This document shows positions 19,736-30,045 of a stretch of DNA of 64,000 bases, piece by piece; the stretch's first letter is position 1; each line of letters begins with the position of its first letter. The notes beneath the pieces are model-generated. The model was given only the letters and a program-made list of their open reading frames with translations, made no database searches and was not told the DNA's origin. Source of the stretch: Myxococcota bacterium (GTDB lineage Bacteria > Myxococcota_A > UBA9160 > SZUA-336); contig CBDFGR010000003.1 of assembly GCA_965247115.1 (NCBI GenBank), positions 1,376,001-1,440,000 on the forward strand, in the 5' to 3' direction. The position numbers and the translations under genes are program-made.

Positions 19736-20518
19736 TCAGGCGCTCGAACCGCCGTCCATCACCAGTACCGATCCATTGCAATAGCTCGCCGTCGCAAGGA
19801 AGACGATCGCGTCGGCGGCCTCGTCCGGCGTCCCCAGACGCATGAGTGGACAGAGGGCCGCCGCGGCAGTGGGATCCGAGAGCGCCTGGTCGAACCTCTC
19901 GCGATGCGGTTGGATCATCCCGGTGTCGATGAGGCCTGGGCAGAGGCAGTTGCAGCGAATCTGCTCGCGTCCATAGGTTCTGGCAATCGATCGCGACAGG
20001 TTGATGACGCCGGCCTTGGCAGCCGCGTAGGCGTGCGCGTCGGCCATGCCTCGCGTCCCGCCTACCGAAGACACGTTCACGATCACTCCACCGCCTCGCT
20101 TCCGAAGCTCTGGGATCGCCGCGTGGCACATGAGGTGGGTGGATTCGAGATTGATGCGCAGAACATCACGCCAGGCATCTGCCGGCACGTCGGCAGTGGC
20201 GGCCATGCTGCCCGGCCACTTCAGCTCGTAGGACCAGCCGACACTGGCGTTGTTCACCAGGATGTCGAGCCCTCCGAACGCGACTGCGGTCTCGCCGATC
20301 GCCCTGGCGGCGCCTTCCTCGGTGCCGACGTCGGCGACCACGGACCGCGCCGCGTCACCGTGCTTTCGCGCCTCCTCCACGGCCTCCTCCAGCGTGGCCC
20401 TCGTGCGACCGACGGCCACCACCTTCGCCCCGAGAGCGGCGAACTGCACGAGCGCAGAGCGGCCCATTCCCGTTCCCGCTCCAGTTACGACCACGACTCG
20501 ATCCGCAACGCTGTCCAT
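19736..20518 (-). CDS. Short-chain dehydrogenase/reductase
   Basis: TGAGTGMG, NNAS, YAAAK, PGLIDT, DGG. Confidence 0.92.
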   Translation of the reverse strand: MDSVADRVVVVTGAGTGMGRSALVQFAALGAKVVAVGRTRATLEEAVEEARKHGDAARSVVADVGTEEGAARAIGETAVAFGGLDILVNNASVGWSYELKWPGSMAATADVPADAWRDVLRINLESTHLMCHAAIPELRKRGGGVIVNVSSVGGTRGMADAHAYAAAKAGVINLSRSIARTYGREQIRCNCLCPGLIDTGMIQPHRERFDQALSDPTAAAALCPLMRLGTPDEAADAIVFLATASYCNGSVLVMDGGSSA

Positions 20519-20596
20519 GCCGTCTCCCGCCTCAGTCTACTTCAAATAGGTCCGCCTTCAGGGCCGAGCTGATATGCTTCGAGCTGAGACGGTTTC

Positions 20597-22006
20597 ATGC
20601 GTGCGCAGCCACCGAGCCAGACGGAGCCCCAATCGGCGCAGGCGACTACTCCTTCCCTCTCCTTCCCCCAAATGCTCACCTACGGAGCGGTGTTCATGCC
20701 ACTCTCCGTGGTCGGCCTGCCGCTCGTCGTCTGGATTCCGGCCGCGTACGCGGAGCTGGGAATTCCGCTCGGCTTGGTCGGTACGATCTTCCTCCTCTCA
20801 CGCCTGAGTGACGCGATCACGGATCCTCTGATCGGGATCGCCAGCGATCGGACGAAGTCGCGAATCGGTCGGCGCAAGCCGTTCATGCTCGCCGGGCTCC
20901 CGTTGTTCATGGTCTCGGTCTACATGGTGTTCGTGCCACCTGCCGAGCCCAGCGGCTGGTACCTGCTTGGCTGGATCTCGCTCATCTTCCTCTCAGCGAC
21001 GATCATGGATCTGCCCTATATCGCCTGGGGCGCAGAGATCTCCCTCGACTACTCGGAGCGCTCGCGCGTTGCCGGCATTCGGGAACAGTTCCACTTCGTC
21101 GGCACGCTCACGACGGTCAGCGTGCCGTTCATTGTGAAGACGTTCTTCGCGATCACGGCTCTGATGGTGTACCTGGAGGTGATCGGCACGATCTTCGTCG
21201 CGGTGCTTCCGTTCACGGTCCTGGCAGCGGTGCTGTGGGTTCCGGAGCGCCCGCCCCGAACCATCAAGAGACCGCCACTCTCGGTAAAGGAGCGCTGGCT
21301 GATCATCGGCCGCAACGGCCCCTTCATGCGCCTGATCTTCTGCTACACAGTCAGCGTCTTCGGCTCGGCCATGACAGGCGCGCTCTCGTTCCTGTTCGTC
21401 AAGCACGTGGTGATGGCCGAGGACCAGTATCCCCTCTACCTGCTCGTCTACTACCTGAGCTCGGTGGCGGCCGTTCCGCTCTGGCGACGCCTGGCAGATC
21501 GGATCGGCAAGCACCGGGCCTCCATCGTTGCCATCTTCTGGTACGCGTTCTTCGCGTCGTTCCTCCCGTTCATATCCCCGGAACACCTCGGGTGGATCCT
21601 CTTCATCATGTGCATGAAGGGAGGCTCGGTTGCGGCGCTGATGTTCCTGCCCTACTCGATGGCCGCAGATGCCATCGACATCGATACGCTGGAGTCCGGC
21701 GAGGAGCGCACGGGGGTCTACTTCGCCGTCTGGGGCATGGTCCGCAAAGGCGCGTACGCACTCGGCGGCGCGGTCGCCTTCTGGTCCCTCGCGTGGGTCG
21801 CGTTCAACGTACAGCTCGATCCCACGCTGTCGGAAGCTGCCGGAGGAAACGCCGCAAGCTCAAAGTTCCTGCTGGCGTGCCTGTACTCGATCATCCCGGC
21901 GGGGTTCTGGTTCCTCTCAATTCCGTTCCTTTGGAGCTACCCGCTCACCGAGGAACGCCAGAAGGAGATCCGAGCTCAGATCGAGACCGCCGAGGTCTCG
22001 GCCTGA
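20597..22006 (+). CDS. GPH family (MFS_2) symporter
   Basis: DAITDPLIGIASDRTKSRIGRRKPF; MAADAID...GEERTGVYF; about 12 TM segments. Confidence 0.9.
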   Translation: MRAQPPSQTEPQSAQATTPSLSFPQMLTYGAVFMPLSVVGLPLVVWIPAAYAELGIPLGLVGTIFLLSRLSDAITDPLIGIASDRTKSRIGRRKPFMLAGLPLFMVSVYMVFVPPAEPSGWYLLGWISLIFLSATIMDLPYIAWGAEISLDYSERSRVAGIREQFHFVGTLTTVSVPFIVKTFFAITALMVYLEVIGTIFVAVLPFTVLAAVLWVPERPPRTIKRPPLSVKERWLIIGRNGPFMRLIFCYTVSVFGSAMTGALSFLFVKHVVMAEDQYPLYLLVYYLSSVAAVPLWRRLADRIGKHRASIVAIFWYAFFASFLPFISPEHLGWILFIMCMKGGSVAALMFLPYSMAADAIDIDTLESGEERTGVYFAVWGMVRKGAYALGGAVAFWSLAWVAFNVQLDPTLSEAAGGNAASSKFLLACLYSIIPAGFWFLSIPFLWSYPLTEERQKEIRAQIETAEVSA

Positions 22007-22024
22007 TTACTGGCGGAGCGATCG

Positions 22025-23104
22025 CTACGGGCGGACCTCGTAGTAGGCGTTCAGCTGGTGCTCGAAGTCGTGACAGCGGAAGCGCGTGAAGCCCGCTTCG
22101 GCCGTCATCGTGCGGGCCAGGTCCTCGGTAAAGCCGAGGGTGCCGAGACCAGCGCCACCGGGCTCCGAGAGCGCGGAAGACATGCAGCTCAGCACAGAGA
22201 AGCCGTACATCATGCCTGCCATGGGGTTGTCCTCCAGGTTCTCCTCGAAGGTCGGCTTGCACTTGATGTCCGCGATGAGCCACGTCCCATCCTCTCTGAG
22301 CGCCCTGCGAATCGCGTGCATTACAGGACTCGGATTGGCCATGTCGTGGATGCAGTCGAAGGTGGTGATGAGGTCGAAGCTCGCATCGTTGGGGATCGCG
22401 TCGCCGTTGGCATCGTGAAAGGTCGCGTTCGTGACCTTTGCCTCCGCCATGTTCTGCGCTGCGTGGACCAGAGCGTGCTTCGAGATGTCGTAGCCGTGGA
22501 AGCGGGAGCTCGGATAGCTCCTTGCCATCTCCAGCAGAGCGACCCCACCGCCGCAGCCGACGTCGGCCACCTTGGCGCCCGCTTCGAGCTTGGCCACGAC
22601 GCCGTCCAACGCGGGCAGAGCGACAGGAACGAGCGTGTTGCGGAACCACGGAGCGAGCAGACGCTCCACTCCCTTGTTTTCGTCCTCTCCGAAAGCGTCG
22701 TAGGGCAGACCGAGTCCGGTTCGGAACGACTCGGGCAGCTTCTCGAGGACGGCGAACTCTGCAGGTAGCCCACTGAAGCCTCCTGCCGAGAAAGCAGGAC
22801 TGGACTCGTCTGCCAGCACCATCTCGCCCTCGGGCGATAGGGCGAAGCGTCCGTCCCCCGCGTAGTCGATCACGTGTGCGGCAGCCTGACCGCGAAGCCA
22901 CTCGCGCAGCCAGCGCTCGTCGAGGCCCGTCTTCAGTGCGAGCTCTTCACTGCTCACCGTGCCCGCGTCGGCCAGCGCCCGGTAGAGGCCGAGCCGGTCT
23001 CCGAGATAGATCATGGCGGAAACGACTGCGCCCCCCAAAAGCCCAAAGATGTGCTCGACTGTTTTCTCCAGCTTCTCTCGGTCTACGGCTCGATCGGTAG
23101 CCAC
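22025..23104 (-). CDS. Class I SAM-dependent methyltransferase with N-terminal winged helix
   Basis: GDRLGLYRAL, ERWLREWL, VADVGCGGG, FDCIHD; GTG start with GGAGG RBS. Confidence 0.88.
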   Translation of the reverse strand: MATDRAVDREKLEKTVEHIFGLLGGAVVSAMIYLGDRLGLYRALADAGTVSSEELALKTGLDERWLREWLRGQAAAHVIDYAGDGRFALSPEGEMVLADESSPAFSAGGFSGLPAEFAVLEKLPESFRTGLGLPYDAFGEDENKGVERLLAPWFRNTLVPVALPALDGVVAKLEAGAKVADVGCGGGVALLEMARSYPSSRFHGYDISKHALVHAAQNMAEAKVTNATFHDANGDAIPNDASFDLITTFDCIHDMANPSPVMHAIRRALREDGTWLIADIKCKPTFEENLEDNPMAGMMYGFSVLSCMSSALSEPGGAGLGTLGFTEDLARTMTAEAGFTRFRCHDFEHQLNAYYEVRP

Positions 23105-23167
23105 GAATCCTCCTGCCTGGCAGATGAGGGAACCCATCTTACAGGGCCGCAGACAGCCTTCGGAAGC

Positions 23168-23377
23168 TCACCCCGCTCGCGGGGTCTTCGTGCTCGCGGT
23201 ATCGCGCAGCATCTGTGCCACCTGGCGAGCCGCCAGCTCGTCCCGCTCTCTCTCCTTTGCGACGTTGGCCACAACGAGGACGATGATGCCCACTGCAAAG
23301 GCGATGACGCCGGGGAAGCCACCAAAGATGCCGAGGGGGGAGAGCACGACTGCGGCAAGGATCTCACTCGCTTTCAT
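23168..23377 (-). CDS. Small hypothetical membrane protein
   Basis: 69-aa ORF with two hydrophobic stretches and a charged tail; fills a same-strand gap. Confidence 0.5.
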   Translation of the reverse strand: MKASEILAAVVLSPLGIFGGFPGVIAFAVGIIVLVVANVAKERERDELAARQVAQMLRDTASTKTPRAG

Positions 23378-23471
23378 GAGCGGGCTTCCCGAGACCCTCC
23401 GTCCCCTGCATCATCGGCAGCGAACGGACCGAGTCTGAGCGTGCGCAGCCAGCCAGCAGCAGAGGTGCAGC

Positions 23472-24668
23472 TCACGCCGTCATGGCGACGCGCTTGCCGC
23501 GCGCCAGCACGCACAGAGGCTGCTGCAGCGCGCTCAGATCGCTGAGCGGATCGCCGGCAACGACGAGGATGTCCGCTTCCAGGCCGGGGTGCAGGCGACC
23601 CGTGATCGCCTCCAGACCAAGCGCGCGCGCGGACTCGGAGGTCGCGCTGCGCAGGGCATCCGCGTTCGAGAGCTCCGTCATGGCTGCAAACACCGCGAGC
23701 GCCTCTGGCAGGCGGTGGTGCTCCACGCGGGGGATGCCCGCGTCCGTCGACGCGATCAGCCGCACCCCCGCGCGGCGGAGACCCTGCAGAACTTCGGACA
23801 TCCTGCTGCCGAAGGCAGCCACCTTGCTCTCTGGCTCGAGGAAGCGCCTCCAGCCAGCGTTCACGGTCGGGGAGACCCAGGCCCCCCTGGCGGCGATCCG
23901 CTTCACTACCTCCGGGTCGTACCCGCCGCCGAAGCCGGGTCCACCCACAAAGGAACAGTGCTCGATCGTGCGCACTCCAGCCTCCGCGGCGCGTCGTATG
24001 CCTTCGGTTCCGTGACAATGCGCCGCCACCGCGCGCCCGTGCGCGGCGGCCTCGGCCACAGCAAGCGCGATCGCCTCGGTCTCGAACTGGGGATCGCCGG
24101 GGTTGGTCCCCTTCGTGATCACTCCGCCAGTCGCCATCAGCTTGATCCAGTCGGCATCGTGCTCCACCTGCCGTGCAATCACGCTTCGAATCTCGTCGTT
24201 GCTCGCCGCCTCTCCACCCCAGAACCAGCAATGACCCCGCACGGAGGTCACGGGCTGGCCGGCGCACAGGATGCGCGGCCCCGGAATCTCTCCAGCGGCA
24301 ATCCGGTCGCGCAGCGCGATCTCGCGCCATGCCCCGCCGCCCAGATCCCGCGCGCACGTGATGCCCGCGCGGAGCATAGCGAGAGCACGGGCCTCCATGG
24401 CGAGCTCGCGTTCGTCCGCAGCAACCTTGTCCTGATCTTCCGCGGCCTGAATCTGCGGATCGATGCAGAAGTGGACGTGTGCATCGGTGAGACCGGGCAG
24501 CGCCGTCGCACCGTCGTATGACAAGACCTCCGCACCCGCCTCTAGCTCGCCGGAGCTACCGATGGCGACGATCCGCTGGCCCTCTATGCGAATCGTCTGC
24601 GGGGCACGGCTCCGCTGCGCCGCCTCACCGTCCCAGACCCGAACGCCCGTGATCGCGAGACTATCCAC
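23472..24668 (-). CDS. Metal-dependent amidohydrolase (prolidase-like subgroup)
   Basis: PGLTDAHVH, IKLMATGG, AAHCHG, TIEH, STDAG, ADILVVAGDP. Confidence 0.9.
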   Translation of the reverse strand: MDSLAITGVRVWDGEAAQRSRAPQTIRIEGQRIVAIGSSGELEAGAEVLSYDGATALPGLTDAHVHFCIDPQIQAAEDQDKVAADERELAMEARALAMLRAGITCARDLGGGAWREIALRDRIAAGEIPGPRILCAGQPVTSVRGHCWFWGGEAASNDEIRSVIARQVEHDADWIKLMATGGVITKGTNPGDPQFETEAIALAVAEAAAHGRAVAAHCHGTEGIRRAAEAGVRTIEHCSFVGGPGFGGGYDPEVVKRIAARGAWVSPTVNAGWRRFLEPESKVAAFGSRMSEVLQGLRRAGVRLIASTDAGIPRVEHHRLPEALAVFAAMTELSNADALRSATSESARALGLEAITGRLHPGLEADILVVAGDPLSDLSALQQPLCVLARGKRVAMTA

Positions 24669-24744
24669 GCGGCCATGCTATCAGGCATGCCCGACGCCGA
24701 GTGGCGTACGCTCCAGATCGAAGCGCCCTTCGTATCCCGCAGCC

Positions 24745-25635
24745 TCAGCCGGGAGCGCGCTCGACCTCCTCGATGAGTCGGCGGTAGCAGCCCAGGCGCG
24801 AGGCGCGCAAGCGCCCTTCGTCGACCGCGCTCCGCACCGCGCAGTCCGGCTCGGAACCGTGGCGACAGTTCCGAAAGCGGCAGCTCGCCGCAGCGTCTGC
24901 GATGTCCGGGTAGACGTCGTCAAGCAGGGCGACATCGACCGGGCCACTCGCGACCTCGCTCACGCCGGGAGTGTCCACAACAACGCCGCCGCCCGAGAGC
25001 TGAATCCAGCTCGCGCTGGTGGTGGTGTGTCGACCGCCACGGGTCCTGGCACTGACGTGTGCCGTCTCCAGTCGGAGCTCGGGCTCGAGCGCGTTCAGAA
25101 GAGAGGTCTTGCCGACTCCGCTGTGCCCCGCAAAGACGGTGATCCCCTCACGTAGCCGCTCGCCCAGCGTCGCAACACCGGTCCCGAACAGAGCGGAGGT
25201 CTGGTACACCTCGAATACTTCCCCGTAGGCCTCGATCTGCTCCGGTAGGGGCTGATCCGCGAGGAGATCTATCTTGTTTGCAACCAGGATCACGCTGAGC
25301 CCGCCCGCGTAGGCCGCCAGCGCGAAGCGATCGACCGCCTCCGAGTGGAAGGGAGGATCCGCGACGGCAGCAACGATCGCGAGACGATCGATATTTGCGG
25401 CGATCACCTGCTGTCGGTGGGGAGCGCGCGTCTGGCGGCGCGCCAGCAGCGTCCGCCGCGGCTTGACATCAATGACGACCTGTCGCTCCAGATCGAAGGA
25501 GACCCGATCGCCCACGGCCAGTGTCTGTTCGCGATGCGCGTGCCTTCCCACCAGACGCAACGGAGTGACGGTGCCGTCGTGGACGGCCTCGCAGCCACCC
25601 CGAAACACGCTGATGACGGTCGCGATCGCCTTCAT
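24745..25635 (-). CDS. rsgA: Ribosome small subunit-dependent GTPase A
   Basis: Circularly permuted G motifs NKID, GHSGVGKT, HTTT, DTPG; Zn finger CRFRNCRHGSEPDC. Confidence 0.92.
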   Translation of the reverse strand: MKAIATVISVFRGGCEAVHDGTVTPLRLVGRHAHREQTLAVGDRVSFDLERQVVIDVKPRRTLLARRQTRAPHRQQVIAANIDRLAIVAAVADPPFHSEAVDRFALAAYAGGLSVILVANKIDLLADQPLPEQIEAYGEVFEVYQTSALFGTGVATLGERLREGITVFAGHSGVGKTSLLNALEPELRLETAHVSARTRGGRHTTTSASWIQLSGGGVVVDTPGVSEVASGPVDVALLDDVYPDIADAAASCRFRNCRHGSEPDCAVRSAVDEGRLRASRLGCYRRLIEEVERAPG

Positions 25636-26363
25636 GCGCGCCGGGCGTTCTGCACCAGCGCCTCGAAGAGCCGACGCTGAAGCGGCTCATGGGCCGCCTG
25701 CATCTCAGGGTGCCACTGGATCCCGACGACCCAGGCACGAGACTCGCAGAAGAGTCCCTCAACCACCCCGTCGCTGGCCCAGGCTATTGGCACGAGGCCG
25801 CGTCCCAACGTACGCACGCACTGGTGATGCCACGAGCACACCTGAAACTCCGTCTGGCCGTAGATCTCCGCGAGGACGCTGTCGAGCTCCACGCGCACGG
25901 GGTGATACGTTGGCTCCCGGGGCGGCAGACGATGTGCGACCTCGTCTCCGAACGCGTCGGGAATATGAAGCTCGAGGTCACCGCCGAGTGCGATGTTCAG
26001 TACCTGCATCCCGCGGCAGATGCCGAGGACAGGCAGACTCTCGCTGGCGAGGGCCCACTTGGCCGCGGCGAGCTCGAACTCGTCACGGTCCCTGTTCACC
26101 ATATACACCGTTTCGTGTTGAGCGCCGCCATAGAGCGCTGGGTCGATGTCGCCGCCGCCCGAGATCACCAGTCCGTCGAGCTGGCCGAGCACCTGCTCGA
26201 GCGGTGCACTGGTAGGCGTGATCAGAAACGGCAACCCGCCGGCGTCGGCAACAGCATCGCTGTAGGCTTGCGGCAGGGAGCAGACGGAGAGACCACCGGG
26301 CACGAGCACGTCTGGACCGTAGGTCGTGATCCCGATGACGGGCGAGCCGGGGTTCGTGGCCAT
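25632..26363 (-). CDS. Gamma-glutamyl-gamma-aminobutyrate hydrolase family (peptidase C26)
   Basis: SGGGDIDP, LGICRGMQ, GIQWHPE. Confidence 0.92.
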   Translation of the reverse strand: MATNPGSPVIGITTYGPDVLVPGGLSVCSLPQAYSDAVADAGGLPFLITPTSAPLEQVLGQLDGLVISGGGDIDPALYGGAQHETVYMVNRDRDEFELAAAKWALASESLPVLGICRGMQVLNIALGGDLELHIPDAFGDEVAHRLPPREPTYHPVRVELDSVLAEIYGQTEFQVCSWHHQCVRTLGRGLVPIAWASDGVVEGLFCESRAWVVGIQWHPEMQAAHEPLQRRLFEALVQNARRA

Positions 26364-26401
26364 GGCGTCTCCTCGTTTCGGATCCTATATCATGGCCGCA
26401 C

Positions 26402-27280
26402 ATGACCGCACCGATCACGGGGCCTGCATCTCGCACGTACTTCTCGCAACGGCTGCGCCTGCATTACGCCGATTGGGGAAACGAAGGAGCCCCGCCCTTG
26501 CTGCTCATCCACGGCGGCCGCGACCACTGCCGCAACTGGGACTGGGTAGCGCAGGACCTGCGCGGCGACTACCACATCATCGCTCCGGACCTGCGTGGCC
26601 ACGGTGATTCCCAGTGGATGCTCGGTGGCAACTACTCGATGGTCGACTACGTCGCCGACATCGCGCAGCTCGTGCACCAGAAGCAGGAAACCCCGATCAC
26701 GATCATCGGCCACTCGCTCGGCGGATCGATCTCCCTGCAGTACGCGGGGGTCTATCCCGAGAATGTGGTGAAGGTCGTGGCAATCGAGGGCCTCGGACCC
26801 TCCCCCACGCAGCTCACCCAGCGCGGAGATCGCGGACCTGGCCAGCGCATGCGGGAGTGGATCAAGGCGCTGCGCGAGTTCGCCGGCCGGACGCCGCGCC
26901 ACTACCGGTCGATCGAACAGGCCGTGAAGCGCATGCAGCAGGTCAACCCGCACCTGTCCCCCGAGCAGGCGACACACCTGACGGTGCACGGGGTCAACCA
27001 GAACGAGGACGGCACCTATAGCTGGAAGTTCGACAACTACGTGCGCGGATTCTCGCCCTACAACTTCAACTCGGAGGAAGCAGCGCAGCTCTGGTCGCGG
27101 ATCACCTGTCCCGCGCTCCTGGTCAGGGGAACGGAGAGCTGGGCGGAGGATCCCGAGAAGGACGGCCGGGCGGCGGCCTTTCAGAGTGCGCGCATGGTAG
27201 ACATCGAAAACGCCGGCCACTGGGTCCACCACGACCAGCTCGACGTCTTCCTCGAGATCGTCAAGGACTTCCTGGCGTAG
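26402..27280 (+). CDS. Alpha/beta hydrolase
   Basis: HGGRDH, DLRGHG, GHSLGG, AGHWVHHD. Confidence 0.92.
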   Translation: MTAPITGPASRTYFSQRLRLHYADWGNEGAPPLLLIHGGRDHCRNWDWVAQDLRGDYHIIAPDLRGHGDSQWMLGGNYSMVDYVADIAQLVHQKQETPITIIGHSLGGSISLQYAGVYPENVVKVVAIEGLGPSPTQLTQRGDRGPGQRMREWIKALREFAGRTPRHYRSIEQAVKRMQQVNPHLSPEQATHLTVHGVNQNEDGTYSWKFDNYVRGFSPYNFNSEEAAQLWSRITCPALLVRGTESWAEDPEKDGRAAAFQSARMVDIENAGHWVHHDQLDVFLEIVKDFLA

Positions 27281-27296
27281 GGAGACCGAAACGAAC

Positions 27297-28481
27297 TCAC
27301 GGTCTGGCGGGCATGTACCGTTCCGTCAGCAGGTCTTGCCGCGTCTCCAGAGAAACTTCCACGCCGCGGACGAAGACGCGCAAGGCCCAGCTCGTGAGCT
27401 CGAGCGGATCCCCGTTCCAGACGACCAGATTGGCCAGCGCGCCTGGGCGGATGGACCCGGCGTCTATCACGTTGAAGATCCGCGCCGGAGCGCTCGTGAT
27501 CGCCGCGAGCGCCGCCTCGTAGGGGTAGCCCTCCGCCACCGCGTTACCCGCGAGATAGCGCAGGCGGGCAGCGTAGTGGGGTCCCCTGCTGGACGTGAAG
27601 GCGAGCGTGACACCAGCACGGTGCAGGAGCAGCGCGTTGTCAGCGCGACCACGCAGCGAATCAAAGCCGTAGGGGAGCTTCAAGCTGGGATCGAGGAGCA
27701 CCGGCACCTCTGCGGCCGCGATCTCGGCAGCGGCGGCCCAGCCCTCACGAGCTCCCGCGAGCACTCCGGACAGCTCGTACTCGCGGATGAGATCGAGTGC
27801 GGTCCTGATGTCGGTCGCCCGGTCGACCTGGAACACGACGGGAAGCTCTCCGGCGAGAGCGCGCGACAGCACCTCGAGATCTTCAGCGGAGACGGACAGA
27901 TCTCGCAGGCGACCGGAGATGTAGGGCCCGCGGTTGTCGCGGTACAGCTCTGCATCCTGCAGGACCTCCCGCAGGCGCAGAAACTTCTCCGCCCGAGATC
28001 CCCGCCGTGACCCAGCTCCCAGCGAGACGTGCAGCGCCAGCGCGTCCCTGCGGATCGGCTCTCCCTCGACGAGATCCACCCAGATCGAGAGCCCGGACAC
28101 GAGACCGCCCGCCGGCACGATGACGGAGGACGTCACGCCTCCGAGGCGAGCGGGACCGATCGTGAGCGAGGCGGGATTGTACGTGTCCGCGACCCGCAGC
28201 GCCGCGCGCACGGGATCTCCGTCCGTCAGGGTCGCCTCGACACTCGACGGTACGAGCGGTACGTCGACGACTCCGAGACGTGACTCCACGCTGATCAGGC
28301 CCGGGGTCACGAAGGCGCCCTTCGCGTCGATCACCGTTGCGTCTGTGGGCACGGGGACGTCGGCACCCACGGCCAGCACGCGGTTCGCTTCGATGACGAC
28401 GACGCCACGCTCGATGGGAGGTCCCTCCCCCGTGTACACGGTCGCACCTACGATCGCGACGGCGGCCAGGATGGAGATCAC
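27297..28481 (-). CDS. Amidohydrolase-family protein lacking the HxH metal motif
   Basis: TPGLISVESRLG where DxHxH is expected; ANLVVWNGDP; GTG overlaps the upstream stop. Confidence 0.8.
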   Translation of the reverse strand: MISILAAVAIVGATVYTGEGPPIERGVVVIEANRVLAVGADVPVPTDATVIDAKGAFVTPGLISVESRLGVVDVPLVPSSVEATLTDGDPVRAALRVADTYNPASLTIGPARLGGVTSSVIVPAGGLVSGLSIWVDLVEGEPIRRDALALHVSLGAGSRRGSRAEKFLRLREVLQDAELYRDNRGPYISGRLRDLSVSAEDLEVLSRALAGELPVVFQVDRATDIRTALDLIREYELSGVLAGAREGWAAAAEIAAAEVPVLLDPSLKLPYGFDSLRGRADNALLLHRAGVTLAFTSSRGPHYAARLRYLAGNAVAEGYPYEAALAAITSAPARIFNVIDAGSIRPGALANLVVWNGDPLELTSWALRVFVRGVEVSLETRQDLLTERYMPARP

Positions 28482-29824
28482 GGCTCCGCCCGGATGCCGA
28501 GCTCGAAGTCGGAGCGCGGGGACTCGCCCGCGAGAGCCCGGTCGTAGCGGCGCACCCCCTGGATGAATACGAGCTCCGCGCGGCTGTAGATGCTGAACGG
28601 GTCGCCCGACCACATCACCAGGTCCGCGTCCTTCCCCGCTTCGAGCGTTCCCACGCGGTCCTCGATGCCCAGCACCCAGGCCGGGTTCGCCGTGATCCAA
28701 CGGATGGCCCGGTCACGATCGACGTCGAGGCCGGCTCGCTGCCCGGCGGCCCACGCCTTGGCCGCCTCCTGATTCAGGTGCTGGATGTCTCGCACCGAAT
28801 CGGAATGCAGGGCGACGCGTGCTCCTCTCGCCTCGAGCAATGCGGCGCCCGCCGGCACAGCGTCCAGCTGCTCGAGCTTCCCACCCCACCAATCTGCCCA
28901 CACGACGGCCGCGACGTCTGCACGCTTGAGCTCTTCCCCGATCTTGTAGGCCTCCACCGCATGGTGGAAGGCTCGCGGCACGGTGTCGAAATCCGCGAAG
29001 AGCTCCAGACGGAGCAGCATCTCGTCGGCCCGATAGCAGTGGTTCTGAATCAGGATCTCGCCTTTCAAGACCCGGGCGAGCGCGTCCTTACCGTAGTCCA
29101 GTCCCTCCTCCGACTTCGGCTTGTAGGCGCGCGCCTTCTCCAGCTCCTGACGCAGCATGGCCACCTCGGCCATGCGCGTGGCGGGCGCTTGCTTGCGCGA
29201 GCCGTAGACCCGCTTCGGATTCTCGCCACATGCCATCTTCATGGTCACGGGTGCTTCGGCGAACCTCATCTCGCTCGTCGAGAGACCTCCGACCAGGCGC
29301 AGCGTTACCCCCTGCCCGCCTACCAGGTTCGCGGATCCAGGCAGCACGTGGATGGTGGTGACTCCTCCCGCCAGGGCTCGCTCGATCGTCGGATCCTGAG
29401 GCCAGAAGGAATCCGACGCGCGTACTTCGGGCTTGAACGGTCCTGTGCTCTCGTTGCCATCCCGATGGGCCGCCACCTGTGGAACGGGATAGACCCCGAC
29501 GTGGGAGTGGGGATCAATCAGACCCGGCGTGATCCAGCGCCCCGAAGCATCGATGATCTCGACGTCTTCCGGTACATCCAGATCCAGACCGACCGCCGCG
29601 ATCCTGTCCCCGCGAATCAACACGTCAGTACCGGCAAGCGTGGGCCCGGCCGCCGTCATGACAGTCCCCCCACGCAGGAGCAGCATCGATCCCGTGGGCT
29701 CGGCCACCACCGTCTGGGCAACCGGCGGAGCCACCGACGTAGTTGGGGACTGACTAGTTCCGACCAGCTGGCAGGCTACGAGCCCACCAGCCAGCACCAA
29801 TCCCACAGACCTTCCCCACAGCAT
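28478..29824 (-). CDS. Amidohydrolase, probable lipoprotein
   Basis: Signal peptide with LVAC lipobox; PGLIDPHSH, KMACGENPK, HSD, DADLVMWSGDP. Confidence 0.88.
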   Translation of the reverse strand: MLWGRSVGLVLAGGLVACQLVGTSQSPTTSVAPPVAQTVVAEPTGSMLLLRGGTVMTAAGPTLAGTDVLIRGDRIAAVGLDLDVPEDVEIIDASGRWITPGLIDPHSHVGVYPVPQVAAHRDGNESTGPFKPEVRASDSFWPQDPTIERALAGGVTTIHVLPGSANLVGGQGVTLRLVGGLSTSEMRFAEAPVTMKMACGENPKRVYGSRKQAPATRMAEVAMLRQELEKARAYKPKSEEGLDYGKDALARVLKGEILIQNHCYRADEMLLRLELFADFDTVPRAFHHAVEAYKIGEELKRADVAAVVWADWWGGKLEQLDAVPAGAALLEARGARVALHSDSVRDIQHLNQEAAKAWAAGQRAGLDVDRDRAIRWITANPAWVLGIEDRVGTLEAGKDADLVMWSGDPFSIYSRAELVFIQGVRRYDRALAGESPRSDFELGIRAEP

Positions 29825-29939
29825 GGCCCGATTGTACACGCGCCCCGAGCCAGCCCGTCACCTCGAAAGCCTGACCGGAGATACTCCCCTGCCGTCAAGC
29901 AAATCAAGCGCAGCTCCGACTTCGGCCAAGGAAGTTATT

Positions 29940-30019
29940 ATTGAGGACCGTCCCTAAGTTATGACTCGAGAAGTCAAGATTAAGGACCGTCCCCAAGTTC
30001 AGATTCCCAGGTTTAGATT
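29940..30019. repeat. Two 21-nt imperfect-palindrome direct repeats (period 39) plus an overlapping 14-nt tandem duplication
   Basis: ATTGAGGACCGTCCCTAAGTT (29940-29960) and ATTAAGGACCGTCCCCAAGTT (29979-29999); CCCAAGTTCAGATT (29992-30005) and CCCAGGTTTAGATT (30006-30019). Confidence 0.75.
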
Positions 30020-30045
30020 CCGTGGAGAACCGGCAACCCCCCTAG

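Noticed and set aside
29940..30019. Possible mini-CRISPR array
   Set aside because: Only two 21-nt units with an 18-nt spacer, and no cas genes in the window
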